A stretch of DNA of 64,000 nucleotides from Hydrolagus affinis. Taxonomy: Eukaryota. A program made the position numbers and the translations under genes. Positions 12,567 to 27,259 of the stretch are shown piece by piece. The stretch covers positions 1-64,000 of the forward strand of contig JAAILG010001261.1 in assembly GCA_012026655.1 (NCBI GenBank). Direction: 5' to 3'. Position 1 is the stretch's first letter, and every line of letters begins with the position of its first letter. The notes under the pieces were generated by a model that worked only from the letters and a program-made list of their open reading frames with translations, was not told the origin of the DNA and searched no databases.

Positions 12567-13580
12567 TATATAGCACCCCTCACGCAGGGCAGCATCCCAG
12601 CGAGCTTGGAGTATGTTCAATGCGTTATTTTCAACTGGCCTTATTTCACTGCTGCACATAGAAGTTATTTTAATCGGATGTAATTTATTCACATTTCTTC
12701 GCTGTCTTTTATAGTTTTAGGCTTATCAGTGTGATTTATAATGAGCCTTATTTATAGTTGAAGGAAAATACCATGTTTTTTTTTTAAAAAAGCCTTCCTT
12801 GACACAGCATTATTCAATGGATAATAGCCTGAAGCAGTTTTTTGCATGATCAATGGTGATACATTGTTTTTTTACATGGAGATTGCACTACAACAAGATG
12901 ATCTTAACATTTTTTACACTGTCATACCACTGTTTAGAGACTTGGTTTGTGCAGTGATTCAGGATAGGAGTGAAACTTTCAATGGAATTTGACCATTTAT
13001 ATGTGTGCCAAGAAGAGTAAAACAGCAGGATATGAGTGAAGAAGAAGATAAGAAGATGAAAGATGCAAAGCAATAGGCATAGAAAAGAAAAACAAGATGA
13101 AAGATCCAGAAGGCACAAGTAAAAAGGCACTGGAAAGAAAATGCAAACAAGACTCAAATAGAAAAGGACATGACAGACATAAAGGAAGAAAAGAAAAGCA
13201 TTATTTTTAGTATTAGCAGTGTATTGTGAATAATGGGATTATTTTAGTTCCAAGTACTTTAATGGTACTTTAAGAAACTCAATGTGGCAATTCTTGTCAT
13301 AGGAGAGTAACAGTAAAGGTCATTTGTTATATTGCATTAAATGTTCAAATAGTCAACAATTCCTGCAATATTCCAGTTAATCTACCTAATCTATGAAAAC
13401 TAGAAAATTAGAAATTTAATCTAAGAAAGATTGATCTTCTGCATTTGGCATACTGTTTAATGAGAGAAATGTGGCAAAGACCAATGTTACGAGTCATTTG
13501 CCTGCTCATTCTGAATACCAACATGTATCCCGTAATATTTGACAAAGTTCGATTTTCACTTGTTTTCTTTGCTCCTGCAG

Positions 13581-13728
13581 GTGAAATGTTGCAGTTGGTG
13601 AGAGGAATGAAGCTGCTTAATCAGGCTGACCCGTGTGTGGAGGTTCTAGTCCAGGAGACTGGAGAGCATGTTCTAGTCACTGCTGGGGAGGTGCACCTCC
13701 AGCGTTGTTTGGATGATCTCAGACAAAG
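13581..13728 (+). CDS. EFL1: EFL1 internal exon (148 nt), domain III
   Basis: cctgcag| and |gttcga; encodes (S)[48 protein letters not shown](R); phases fit both neighbours. Confidence 0.96.
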
Positions 13729-14130
13729 GTTCGAATATCAGAAACAAGAGAAACACTGCCCCATGGATGCAGTGCTGTTCTTTTAGTGATCATCATAAGA
13801 CCCAATATTATAAGTTTTAGTTCCAAATTGTGCTGTCCTTATTTATGGGAAAATACTTCTTGGTTATGGGTTTTTTGGGGGGTGGAGGTGATATTTGAAA
13901 CAGAAAATATTAAAGTTTACATGTAGTGGCTGACCTGATGTTTTAGAGGATAGGAGTGAAAACGTGTTTTCTTATGCCATTGGATCCCAGAATTTCCATG
14001 TAGATCCAGCCAGCTTTGCATCACAAATAGCCAACAGATCGTATTTTACTTTATTTAGTATCTATTTACACATTTTCATGTGTCATTATTTCAGTGGGGA
14101 TATGCATATATATGATTCTTGTTTCTATAT

Positions 14131-14273
14131 AACAACAACAACTTCGATTTATATAGCACCCTTCATGCCAGACAGCGTCTCAGAGCACTTCACAATAACG
14201 GATCTCGGGACCGAAGCAGGGGTAGAAAGGTCACCAAAGGCTTGGTTGAAGAGAAAGGTCTTTAGCTGAGACC
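14131..14273 (-). mobile_element. L2 LINE 3' end fragment
   Basis: (AAC)n-TTCGATTTATATAGCACCCTTCA tail followed by reverse-complement L2 ORF2 end. Confidence 0.7.
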
Positions 14274-14436
14274 TGATATAAGCTTCCAACAGGAAGAATT
14301 CCACATGAAATATAAAAGATTGGGAGTGTTTACTCTGAAGTAATATAAGTAAAATATTTTGTCATTAGTTTCATCTCCTTTCTGCTCCAATATATGCAGT
14401 TATTACTTGCTGGATAGACTCAATTTTAAGCACTGA

Positions 14437-14535
14437 TATATATTTTATATATATATAAATCTATAATCTACAAATCTATATGTATTATATATATATAGTA
14501 TATTTATATCTATATATATATATCTATGTATATAA
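14437..14535. repeat. (TA)n-rich low-complexity tract
   Basis: Interrupted TA repeats. Confidence 0.85.
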
Positions 14536-15335
14536 AATACATTTTTGAGGATGCGGGTCCCTTGTGAAGTAATAACCAGGCATTCATGTTATGTAAATTG
14601 AGTAGCTAATCTGAGATAAATCATCAGATTATTTAGTGTTTATATATAAAGCATTTCATTTTCCTTCAAGCCTGATCAGTTGCCAGTGATTGTGACCAGC
14701 TGCTTGTTAAAAATGATGTTTCTGTATCTGAAACAGCTCTATGTTGTGTACCAAATGCTCATGTAAATTTGAACAGTTTGACACTCAATTGTTCATGAAC
14801 AGTTCAAAGCTAGATACTGTACTATATTAAGATAATGATAAACAATTCTATTTTCAGCTGCTTTTGCCACTGTTTCACCATTGTCCTTCACCTTCATTAT
14901 TTCACCTCTGAAACAAACCTGTTGCTGTTCCTGTGCTATATGAACCTGTGTACTGATACATCAATTACCAGTAATTCAGCTAATAGCAGACATTTTCTCA
15001 TCTTCAATCTTAACTCTGAAACTGTGGTTGTACTTTTATCTCACCACTCTTATGACCACTGGGCCTCTTGCAGAATACTCTTCAAAGAATTCTGACAGCA
15101 AGAACTTTTCTTGTGTGACTGCTGTGCATCAACTAATTGGGACATGATCTCAGCATATTGGTGCTTTTCATCAATCTGACAGGCTGCTTTGACTTTTTTG
15201 ATCCTTCTGGTTTTTGCCAGTGAAGTGATTGTCTCACGTATTGGTTTTAGTATGAATCTAGAATAAAAATTCATCAGCTAAAAAATTTTACATGAAGAAA
15301 TGTTACCAATTGCAAAAATGTCTTCCTTGTTGCAG

Positions 15336-16291
15336 ATTTGCAAAGATTGAAATCAGTGTATCCGAACCAATTGTTCCATTCAGAGAAATCATTGTTCGGC
15401 CACCAAAGGTGGATATGGTAAATGAAAATATGGGAACGCAACAAAAGGTCGCCGTTATACATCAGAATAAAGAGGAGCAGAATAAATATCCTGAAGGTGT
15501 CCAAGTGGATTCTGATGGACTTGTGACCATTAATACACCCAATAAATTGTCCACTCTCAGTGTGAGAGCCATGCCACTTCCTGATGAAGTGACACAACTT
15601 CTTGAAAAAAGTAGTGACTTGATTCGTACAATAGAGCATTTCAACTTGTCAGTGAAGGAAGGGAAACAGACCCTGGAAATTAATGGGAAAACTCTTGATG
15701 CTATAAGAGAATTTAAGCAAAAGCTGGAGGAGAATTTTGTAGGGAGGAAATGGAGAAATACTGTGAACCAAATTTGGTCCTTTGGACCTCGCCGTTGTGG
15801 TCCAAATATTTTGTTAAATAGATTAGAAAGCTACAGACCATCTTTATGGCAGTGTCTTGACAAAACTACTGAGGATGCAGGAATATACAAAGATTTTGAC
15901 AAAAGTATTAGCAGTGGATTTCAATTAGCTACGCTTTCAGGCCCTATGTGCGAAGAACCTCTCATGGGTGTCTGCTTCATATTGGAAAAGTGGGACATGA
16001 GCAAATTACAACAACTTGTTTACACAAATAGCCAGGCTTTCATGGACACAATGGTGGAGCCTTCATCGGAAATCAGGGATGAACAGACTCAGGGAGATCA
16101 AACATCAGCTGAGAATCCAACACACAATATTTGTAACTCTCAGGCGGTGGTGGCAGATTGCTACGGTCCTTTTTCTGGTCAACTCATTGCCACAATGAAA
16201 GAAGCTTGCCGTTTTGCTTTCCAGGCAAAGCCTCAACGACTAATGGCAGCAATGTACACGTGTGAAATTATGGCGACTGGAGAAGTATTAG
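15336..16291 (+). CDS. EFL1: EFL1 large exon (956 nt), domain IV
   Basis: ttgcag| and |gtaaga; [17 protein letters not shown]...[14 protein letters not shown]...[22 protein letters not shown]...[16 protein letters not shown]...[19 protein letters not shown], typical of EF2-family EFL1. Confidence 0.98.
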
Positions 16292-16298
16292 GTAAGAC

Positions 16299-16587
16299 AT
16301 AATAATAATCCTTGCATTTGATATCGCGCTTTTTATGTCTTCTAGACATCTCAAAGCACTTCACAGAATACTGTAAATTGAATTGACTATATTTGTGGGC
16401 GAAACACGCTTGCAAACAGCATTGTCCCACAAACAGTTGTGAATTGAAATGACCAATTTATTATTGATTCTTTTAGGGATTATTATCAGGCATGTGGAGT
16501 AAAGAAACTTGCCCAAGGTTTCGCCCTGACGGGAATTGAACCCAGGTCTTTTGCTTGCAAGGCGAGTGCTCTGACCTCTGAGCTACA
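16299..16587 (-). mobile_element. Near full-length tRNA-headed Deu-type SINE (resembles the elephant shark SINE2 family)
   Basis: (TAA)n tail, L2-like 3' end, Deu-like body (TGTCCCACAAACAG) and reverse-complement tRNA head (...GGCGAGTGCTCTGACCTCTGAGCTACA); colinear with the 36219-36538 copy. Confidence 0.88.
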
Positions 16588-16589
16588 TT

Positions 16590-16802
16590 GTGGAGTCCTG
16601 TAGCTCAGTGGTTGGGGCACTCGCCTTACAAGCGCAAGACATGTGTTCGAATCCAGGCATGGACACTGCTGTGTGCATTTGGCTGTGCGTTTAGCCTACA
16701 AATATACAGTCAATTCACTTTACAGTGTATTCTGTGAAGCGCTTTGAAATATCTAGAAGAAAAGCGCTATATCAAATACAAGGGTTATTCATTATTATTA
16801 TT
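16590..16802 (+). mobile_element. Same SINE family, internally deleted, head-to-head with the previous copy
   Basis: GTGGAGTCCTGTAGCTCAGTGG (A box)...GTTCGAATCC (B box)...TGTGAAGCGCTTTGA...(ATT)n. Confidence 0.88.
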
Positions 16803-19151
16803 GCATATAATAAAATGTTTTAACAAATTGGTCAGTTACATACAGTGAATTACAATACAGTGTTAGATTTAACACTAATGTAATTGTCGTTTGGGATTGT
16901 GTATATGTTATATCTGTCTGTTTTGCATGTTATTAAGAATTAAAGGGGTTAGTAGCTCTGCGTAGTTGCACATGTACTGAGCTATCCTCAATCAGAGCAA
17001 TTTGGAGCAAGAAATATAAATTGTGTTTTGCACCCAGAATTGATGCTGGATCATCTAAAGCAATTCTGGCCATCAGAACTTGTTCAATGGTGGACCTTTC
17101 CTTTGGTCAGAGCTCTCCACCCTTCAGACCCAAAATGCTAAAAAGCCAGGCTGACTTACAGCAGTATTTAATGTAAGTTACCAAATGCATATTTTTAGGT
17201 ATGTCGGAATATGCCGAATGATTTTAATTCAAGGATACCTTTAAGTCAAATTTGATTACATTTTCTGCGGCATTTTTTAAAGCATAGTTAGATTTAAATG
17301 AGATAATCTCCAAATTAAGAATCTCCTGAGGTTCTGCAAATTTATGTAACTACTTCATTATAATTAATATTTGAATTTTGCAGAAGAACACTGTTTTGTC
17401 GCTTTACTGCATAAGATTTATACAAAATAAAAACTGCATATGGTGATAATTACTCAGAAGTGAGGCATTTGCTTCAGGCATTTCAGTATTTGCACTGGTA
17501 AATGGAGTGAGTTGGGTAAAGGTCGCTCCTGTTAATGCCACAATAAACCAATCTTAGCTTGTTTGCATTACAAACACACAGGACAGCATTGATAATATAG
17601 TAATGGATGGACATTAACAATGTAGTCAATCATCTAGTTTTTTTTAATTCAATGTAAGCAATAGCAATACCTGTTCAGATAGATTTCAGTGTCCATTCTG
17701 GATAGCAGCAATCTTATTTATGTCATTTTTTTTGGTTAGCTGGGTATTTCACACGTGTGAATTTTTATCACAATGATCGAGTCTCCTAACCAAACTACCG
17801 AGATGCCTACAAATGCATGGTTTCAGTTTCTTTGGTCCGGGGGTGCCTTTGCCTAATCCCAGAGATTGTAGGCATAGGATGGCAAGAGCCAAGGCTTGGT
17901 GACCCCAGAAATTGTACAGCTGAAACTGTGCAGATGAGCATAGCAGGGCATTGACAAATTTCCTGCTGCTTGTCCAGCCAACATTTGCGTGATATATTAA
18001 CTCAGGATTTAATCTGTACTAGATGAATCTGTACTAGATTCAATTAAAGATAATTGCTAGATGGAGCTTATTTATTATTCAAGTGCATTTTATCTGTCAA
18101 TAAAGAGAAGGTGTGCCTGAGCAACCCATTTCTCTATTCACTTGACCTGATAGTCGAATCGAAAGGCAGAATAAATAAGTGTTGGATCTTTGGAGACTGC
18201 AGACCATATCTGTTCTACTTATTTTCTGCGAGTTTTAATTTGGGATTTTTTTTTAGGAGGGAAAGAGTGCAGCCTATTAATTGCTCCTCATGTGCCATTT
18301 ACTTACGAAATGCGAAACATATCCAAGCAGTTTTGAAGGGAAACCACCTGCCTACGCACAATTGAGTTATTTCTCCCTCCCACAAATGGCCTGTTTGGGA
18401 TTGTCCAAACATGTCCTCTTAAAAAAAAATCAGATAGTGTAATATTAATTAGACTGGGATTGAGCCTCTGAGTTATGCATTTAGCATTCAGCTCTTTAAG
18501 CAACTTGTCATTGCTGTCTTCTACAAGAAGAAAGAAAACAGTTGTCTGAGACAAACCATTATTTCTGTCTCTGCTACTCACATTCTTGCATCTGTGCTTT
18601 GACATTGACAGAATGCATTACTATTTAAACCACCTAGTGTTTAGTTGTTCCAGATAGTTACTGTAATGGACAAATGAGAAGCAAAATGTCCTTCATGGTT
18701 CACAATGATATAAATAGAAGAGATAATTTATTTTAACAAAGGGGAACTATGATTTTTTTTAAACAATTTCCATATGTTAGTATGAATATCCTTTCAAGTT
18801 TCATTATTTTTTCATCTTTTTTGTTATCTTAGAGAATCTGCATGATTTAGAGATTAATTTAAAGTAGTCCCTGTATCTCATTCAAAAATGAATATTGAAT
18901 TCCTGAATAATTTGTTGCAACATTCTGTTTGATAGAAGTGTGAAACATAATGGGTTTAAATTGTAGCCTAGTAACTCAAGAAATACAGCATTGAGATCCC
19001 AGCCAGAGGGTTGTGCTTTAAAATACCAGTTTCAATTAATTGACTAAACTTGCCTATCTATCCCTCCAGGAGCTAGCCCTGTCTCTTTCCCCTTCACTCA
19101 CTCCCTCCTTCCTTCACTCCCTCTTCCCCCATCTTCCCCTCCCTCCCCTAT

Positions 19152-19349
19152 GTGGAGTCCTGCAGCTCAGTGGTTAGAGCACTCACCTATTTTCAATCCA
19201 CGGATGTTTGTGGGGACACTGCTGTTCGTAATTGGTTGCCGCATTTCACCCACAAATATATAGTCAATTCACTTTACAGAATACTCTGAAGCGCTTTGAG
19301 ACGTCGATAAGATGTGAAAAGCATTATATCAAATTCAAGGATTATTATT
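19152..19349 (+). mobile_element. Same tRNA/Deu SINE, internally deleted; preceded by a polypyrimidine tract (~19076-19148)
   Basis: GTGGAGTCCTGCAGCTCAGTGGTTAGAGCACTC head, body and (ATT)n tail. Confidence 0.85.
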
Positions 19350-19644
19350 TTTAACTGGGATGTACGTCATGAATTCTCAGCCAGACTCAGCACAGAAGGA
19401 AGAAAAAAAAATAACTTGACATTTCCTACTTTGAAGGAATGCATCACCTGACTACCAATCCCTGCGAGGTATTTAAAGCACTATCTAAACTTGGTGACCC
19501 AGACTATCCTTGCCCAGACGTATATGCCCACCAACCAAAGAAAGAAATGTAAAGGGAACGGTTGCATTTGCAATCCTTTACAGATGTTTTACATGAGCAG
19601 TTCAATTTAAACCTATTTTTTCTCGTTTAAAAGCATTAAAGTAA

Positions 19645-20013
<369 letters not shown>

Positions 20014-22049
20014 TAGAGTTGATACATAGTGTGAGAGATTCTGTTTCCTTTAAATGTGCTCTTAATATAAAGTGAATTATTGCTTTTTCTGTGTTCAGTT
20101 TGTTTAAGCAGAGCTTTGATAAACGTCTCAATTTTTGAAAGCACGTATTTCCTAATTTTTTCATGATATAATTTAAGTAACCAGCTAAGAAAATTGGCAG
20201 GAGCTAAATTGGTCAAGAGTTAAAATGACAAAACTCACTCTTGCTATGAGAATCATTGAGCTCCCCACAATTCAAATAACTTCTCAGGATAGACTCAACA
20301 CTCAGTTAAAACAATTCTATTTGTACATATAATCCTAACTTCATGACAAGGCTTTAATCTTTAAAAAAGTACTGTGCAGTGCGATGTATAAATCATTATT
20401 TTGTGAATAGAACAGAAATCAGTTGAGTGAAGATTATTTTGTCCTATTTTAGGGTGAAAAGGGCATATGTTACAGAACAGGTTGTTAATAAAATTCCCTT
20501 CAGACTCTTTCACAAATTAATATGTGTGAATAATATAGGGTAATGTTAGCAATGACCTGATTACCTTGAAGTGGGCCTGTTTTATGATGACAAATGTTTT
20601 CTGCTTTGTTTTAATGTGATGTCTGCGTATGTGGAACCAGCTGACATGGGTTATCATGGTGTTGGCTCGTGGATCAGTAATTGACTGAAGGGAAAGAATC
20701 ATTATGAAACAAAGTTGAAATGGAGTGAGTGTTAGGTGGAATGCCTCAAGGTCTTCCATTAGCACCCCTCCTGTTTCTGGGCGAAGAAAGTTTGTCATCC
20801 AGTTCTCTTGTGATCTTACGCCACAATGAAAGATTTTAAATGATTAAATAAATACAGATCCAGTAAGGTGAATATTTTATTCTGCCTACCTAGAGAAAAT
20901 ATTTAAAATACCTTGTACATTATTTGAAAATATATCAGAAATCTGAATGTATTTAGAGCTGTAAAAGAGTAGCTCAGTGGATTGTTTTGTACTTGACTAA
21001 AACAAAATTCCTTTGAAACAGATATTCGGTTTGAACTGCTGAATAGTTTTTTTACTGAAAATATTTACTGAAAATATTTACTGAATTGGATGTTGGTCAA
21101 GGGAAACAAACTCAGCTCCAATTACATTGACATACTGCTTTGATGTGCATCAGCTCATCTTTAGTTGTATTTATCTTTGGCCTTTTTAAAATTGCAGGCT
21201 TTTTTAATTCAACTGATTAAAAGCCTTTGAATTGTGAGTCTTAAAATTTATAGTGAAAATTAGTTATTCCCTTGTCCAAGCTGTGGAACGTTTTCGCTTT
21301 TGTTTTCAAAGTGAATATTTATGGACTCTAGTAGTACAATCCATCTCTCCTACACCTCTTTGATGTGCCTGGCTTTGCTCAGCCTATCTGGGTTTGTGTG
21401 AATAGATGGAACAGTGAACCCTGGACCAACAATATTCCAGTTTGTTCAACTTTCTCTTTTCAGCCACTTTCTAGCATTCTTTTGCAAAATGTTTCCTTGA
21501 CTACAATTATGTGTTTGTGTGATTTAAATTAAGTATTTGTAAAGCGCATAAAATTTTAAACTGTGATCTTCAGTAGGAGAATGTGTAAGGTCCTTGACGT
21601 TTTATTTCTTGCTTATTTTTAAAATTAACTAATTAACATTAACTCAGCAGAATAATTAGCGGTAAGAACAGAATAATAATGTAGGACTGAATTAGATTAA
21701 ACCCCATATGTGTTTTGCATTGACTACATAAAAACAGCACTGGGATGTTTTCCAGATGCTTGGTCTTATTGAAGTCAAAATTCTTAAGTGCTACTTTTTT
21801 TAAAACTAATTTAAATCCGGTTGCTTTATCTCATTTTGGTTTGCAGCAGTCCAAACCATTTCCTATTAAGTTGCCTTATTTTATTGTGGTAACTAATAAC
21901 TGTGCCAGACTTTAATCCCATCAATTAATAACTCTACAAGAGACTGTGTTCTATGAATTAACCAGCCCCCAAAAGCAAAATACCATATTGCTAGTGATTA
22001 CACATCATTACCAAACTGTTACTAATCTATACAAACATGATCTTTACTG

Positions 22050-22560
22050 AAGATATTTGAGAAGTCAAGGTTTGCTGATCAGACCAACTTGTTGAATTCT
22101 TTGCATCCACCCTGAATTGGTCTGATTCCAAAGCCTAGAAAACATACAACCTTAGAAATTTACAGAATGCAATAGAAAACAATTCAGGCCTCTGAAAGAG
22201 CAAACATGAAACATCATAGAATAAAGTTCCCGAAGGACTGAATACAATTCCTTATGGTAAAGGAATCTCGTGTCATATTTGAATGTGATTTAGTGATGTC
22301 AAGAAGATTTGCAACTAGAAAACAACTGGGAGGTGCTAACCACAATCAAAAACACTACCCATGATTGAGGGTCAATTATATTAAAAAGGCTTTGAGACCA
22401 CATTTATCACAATCCCAAGTGGCAGTACTGGTGGGAGCTTCAGAAACAAACTTGACTGTCATCACACATTAATATGTATGAAATGTCATCACACATTAAT
22501 ATGAAGGGTACATAGTTGCTTGGGACACAGCTAAAATAAACCTTATTACCATATGAGAGG
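22050..22560 (+). mobile_element. Heavily decayed CR1 RT and 3' fragments, with a 20-bp local duplication (22457-22476 / 22484-22503)
   Basis: ACCAACTTGTTGAATTCTTT encodes TNLLEFF-like RT motif; TGTCATCACACATTAATATG occurs twice. Confidence 0.45.
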
Positions 22561-25500
22561 GAACAAGTAACATAAAAATGAGCCAAACTATTTAGTTTTG
22601 CAAACTGCAAACATTATTTAGCAGGTACTGTATTTGGAATAATCAGTATTCTTTGTTGACTTTGGGAAAGGAGTATGACAGCATCTCCTATAAATAATTG
22701 GCAAGGAATCCTCTAGGAGTAGAGAATATAAATTTTATATACTGCCTTTATAATATATATATATTTCAATGTTCAAACAATGACCGAACGTAGACTTGCA
22801 AACTATCTACGGAGTTGTATAGGGCAGCAGAGAGAAACTGCAACTTTGATGTGCTATAAAACTTAACACGTGGTTCTCATTAAGTGGAGAGAGCAGATCA
22901 CTCTGAACATCTGCTTTATTTCAAAGATCATTTAGTTTAACTTTATAACCCCCAAGCAGCTATCAACTTTTTAATAGTCTTGTCTTCTACTTTAGAAATG
23001 ATTAAAAATCATCTGATTTTAAAAATAATCCTCTCCTATTTTCTTTTGATTTGATTTTCCTTTTGTTCCTCCTCTCCTGAGGGCGATAACTCCTGGTGGG
23101 TTGCAATTCCACAGGTGATAGCAAAGGGCCCATTTTTCATTTGTCAGTTAGCATAGTCACTAGTCACAGTCACTTTGATTGCTCAACAATCAAAACTATC
23201 ATATCCGAGGCTGACCCTGTCCTCACCCAGCACCCAAATACTTGCACATCTGGCAACTTGTGTTGAGTAGGAATCAAGACCGAGAACCCTACCTGTCTTT
23301 CTCCCCCCCACCCCCCACCCCCCCCACCACCCACCTCAACCCCTGCCATGTCTGGAGATATGGAGATGCATATTAAAGTTGGTTGCAGGTCTCCTACCAC
23401 CTCCTCAGCTGCAATTGACTTGCAGCACAAATTGGGGATTAAACGTGAGATCTTTCTGGATTGTATCTTGGAATCACACCATACTGAGAGCATTAGCCAT
23501 GGGGATGGGGATTTAGATTTTCAGAAGTACTTTATAAAAAAATAAATCCAAGTGATATATAACTTATGCAAGTATTCTATTACATTTAGACATTAACAGA
23601 CATATACCAGTTGTGAAACAGGCAGCAGCAATGTTTGGCTTTTTGCCTTTTTTTATAACTTGCATTTCTTCCATTATCAAAGCTCATTGTCATTCTTCCT
23701 TTTTATAGGTGGGAAAAATAACTAAACCTTTGTTGAACCAGAAATATTTTGCCCGATGCTGCTGTCTTCAGGCTGCCATAGGTTTAGTGTTTAACAAGCT
23801 CACAGCAAAAGTTTAGATAATGAAGTCCTTAAGCCCACTTAAGCTTATCCTTCTGAACAGCAATTCTACTGTCTCCCATTGCAACATCAATCTGAACCAG
23901 AGTGGGTCTCAAATGTCAAATATAGATAAAAAAAGGCGATGGAATAAGTCATGGTGTACATCATCAATTCAGTATTTTATAAAGCTACATTGAAGAGTCC
24001 ATCACACAAAACAATGTATAGATGATTTAAGGAATTGTTGCACCACCTGCTAACTTCACACTACAAACTTTTTTCTGCAGGTCTCGCTAAAGCTTGCATG
24101 TGAATTGATACAGTTTAGGATTTTATACAGTAGTTGCAACCGTGTTCACCTTCATATACAGCTACAATAATAGTACTGTGGTTATGTCCTTGGGCCACAA
24201 AGCTATAACTACAATACAAAGTTGTAACTACAGTAAACTTAAAAGAAATATTTGTAGCTCTAGGATTAGACTATGGAAAATAAAAGTAATTTAGTGATTC
24301 CCAATGGGAATACTATACACTGAAAGCCTAATTAGCATTTTTTTTAAAAAAAAGCTTAACTCTTTAAGTGCTGAATTTATTTTTAACAATGCTTTACCTC
24401 AACATTGTTTTGTGGTGGATGGAACCACCAGAGTACAATTTCTTAATTCAAAATGCAACAAACTCCCTTCATGTTACTTTGACAATTATCAAAATTGCAT
24501 ATCTGCAAGCAGAGTTTTCAAGTTTAGAAATCTTGAAATAATTTCTCTATTTTTGTCAGCCATTTACACTGAACAGACCTGGTTTGTCCTTCTTTCAGTA
24601 AATATTAAATAGTTATGTACATGTTTGTATTCTTTTATTGCCAAAGTACCACAAAATGTGTACAATCATCATATACACTGAGCTTTGCATAAAATTAATA
24701 AAAAGAGAAATAGTGTGTTTTGGACATACAGTAATATGACGTGCAGATGGTAATATTAACAGAACAGTTATTCGAAATGGCTGTGCAGAGTTTTAACCAT
24801 TGTTGAAGGATATCTTTAACAGGAAAGATGCTGGAGATCTAGAATTTACTCTTGGTACATGAATACTGTAGTGCTTTAACTTTCCTGAAGTCTCAACAGC
24901 AGAAAATGTACTGCTATGAAATTGAACAAGTTGATTTTGATCACTTGAGGTGCCTAGGATCCTGAGTGATATTTACTCAAAAGAAATAACCGTTAGTTAT
25001 GTTTATTCTCAGTTGCTAATATATCCTAATATTATTTGGAGATTGTGATCATTATCCCCAACCTTTTAATAAAATAATTGAACCAAAAAGTTTATTAAAA
25101 TGGCAAACTCATCTAATAAAAAATGATTCCTTGTGGAGAGAAAATCTCATAACTGTCAGTATATGCATTTTTTTTCCAGTCTTGCTGTGCTTTGCATATT
25201 GAGCTATTGCTAAACAGAAACAGATGTATGGTGACATATGGCCCTCCAGCACTGCCCTGAGTTTTCTGTGCAGAAAGGGTTTTGTATAGCAGTGAATCTT
25301 GCCGTTGGTATCACTGCCATCTGTGTTCTCTAAATTGGACATCTCATTGGCTTAAATCCCCAACCAGGTGCTAGTACTTGCCTGCACTGGTACAGTAATT
25401 ATGCTTTTTGACTGCTGTGTGATTGTTGGGTCATGGTATTACCAGCATAAATCCTAAGCGGCATTCCACCCATTGGCTTGAAGGCTAACGTTAATAATAA

Positions 25501-27070
25501 TAAATAGTAGTCTTGTCAGAATTGTCTCCTGTGAAAGCCACTTTTATGTTCGGCAGAATCCAATTCTCAAACGTTTCTGTGCTTGCAATTCTTTTTCTCG
25601 GGGGTGGAGAAGGTGATATATTTACAGAGGAAATTTAAGAAGAAAGCAGCTTGTACTAAATTTCGCATTCGCAATTTATTGGAATATGTTAGCTTCTTGG
25701 AAAATCTGAGGCCTATCAAAACTCAAGTGCCATAAAGTCTGGTTTCACACTTTCAATTAGTGCTTTATGACCTGGAAACTCAGCAGTATGACATGCAGTT
25801 TTGCTGACTGGGTGGGTGCTTTATGTAGAAGTGAGATACTTTTGTGATTAGTACTATGGACTTTAAAGAAGGTATCTTGACTTTTATCAACTGGTTTGTA
25901 TTTTGGTTCCAACCCAACAATTTCCTTCAATTCTAACACAATTGTGCTGAATTGTGTGATGGTATGGTTTCCACCTGCTGCTTTCTGGTATGGTGCCCAA
26001 GTGGCTGTATGCTTCATGTAATTGTTTGTGGGTGGTTAGGGATCACAGTCCAGCTCAATCCTTTTCTCACCTGATATCCTTACATAAACCCTTTCCAGCA
26101 AGGCCATTAGATAGTGATCAGCTGCTGGATGCTTGTTTGTTTTGCATTCTCACCTTGGAACATTGGTATCAATTCCAGTGCAGTACTGATGCCTCAGGCT
26201 TTATTGAAATTAAATTGCTCAAATTATTTTCTGAAGTACAGTTTCAGCAAGTAACAAACATTCATTCCACTAAGATGGTCGGTTTTCTTACTCAGTATGC
26301 ATACAGTACATTTCCTTTCATATTTGAAAAATGGCAAGATTTTCTAAATTCCAACTATAGATTTTCAGGCTTTTAAGAAAGTTAGTGGCTATTGGATTAG
26401 AAGCCAAATGCTTATTTTCAAAAATATTTTCTTAGTTTTTAAAATGATGTTCACCATTTCTGTGCACGTTTTCCTGAAGACCTCAAAACAAAACAAGTCA
26501 ATAAATAATTTTGATTATCATAAACACGAAGGATGTTCTATATATATATATATATAAACACAACACTGAAAACTGAAGATTTTTAGTACAATACTAATGT
26601 AATTTTTCCATCAATCACTGATTATTATAATAAATGAACATTTAACCATGTAGTACTAGTGTGACCATTAGTCTGCAAATTCTTGAAGGAGAAAATAGAA
26701 TTGAAGTGATCCTAACCAAAAGTAAGAGTTTTAAAATTCTGTGCAATCTTTTAATACAATCCCTCCTTCCTCATGCTTTAAAATATTTTAGAGATTTAAG
26801 TTGCGTCTTGTTTTTAGAAGTTGACTACAATATATCGCACACTCCACATTGAACATCACTGAACATGTATGTATTTTGCCTCATGATGCACTACTTTATA
26901 TCTGTTTGTGTTGGAAGTGGAAGTTGAATGGCTACAATGACTACAATTATTATTGCTGCATTTGATTATAAATGCTAGGCTTTGAGCATAACCTTTCATG
27001 CTTTGCTGCACCATTTCCTGCAATAAATAATTGACTCCTTTGTAATTTTTCCTATCTTTTTACTACATAG

Positions 27071-27259
<189 letters not shown>

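Noticed and set aside
12960-13200. Purine-rich tract giving hydrophobic minus-strand ORFs
   Set aside because: Low-complexity GA-rich intronic sequence with stops on + and no splice support
16005-16150. Divergent segment in EFL1 domain IV, and substitutions such as KRVGR and SEMLQL elsewhere
   Set aside because: The segment corresponds to a low-conservation insertion also variable in mammals; single substitutions cannot be judged without an alignment
15292-16302. 336-aa ORF as a standalone gene
   Set aside because: It is the EFL1 956-nt exon plus intronic read-through at both ends
16590-16660. tRNA gene
   Set aside because: The tRNA-like head continues into a SINE body and tail and lacks a proper acceptor stem
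23301-23340. C/G-run tracts (also ~40770-40820, 40951-40975, 44630-44655, 62745-62790) as G-quadruplex elements
   Set aside because: Common low-complexity runs, some within L2 3' UTRs; no evidence of function
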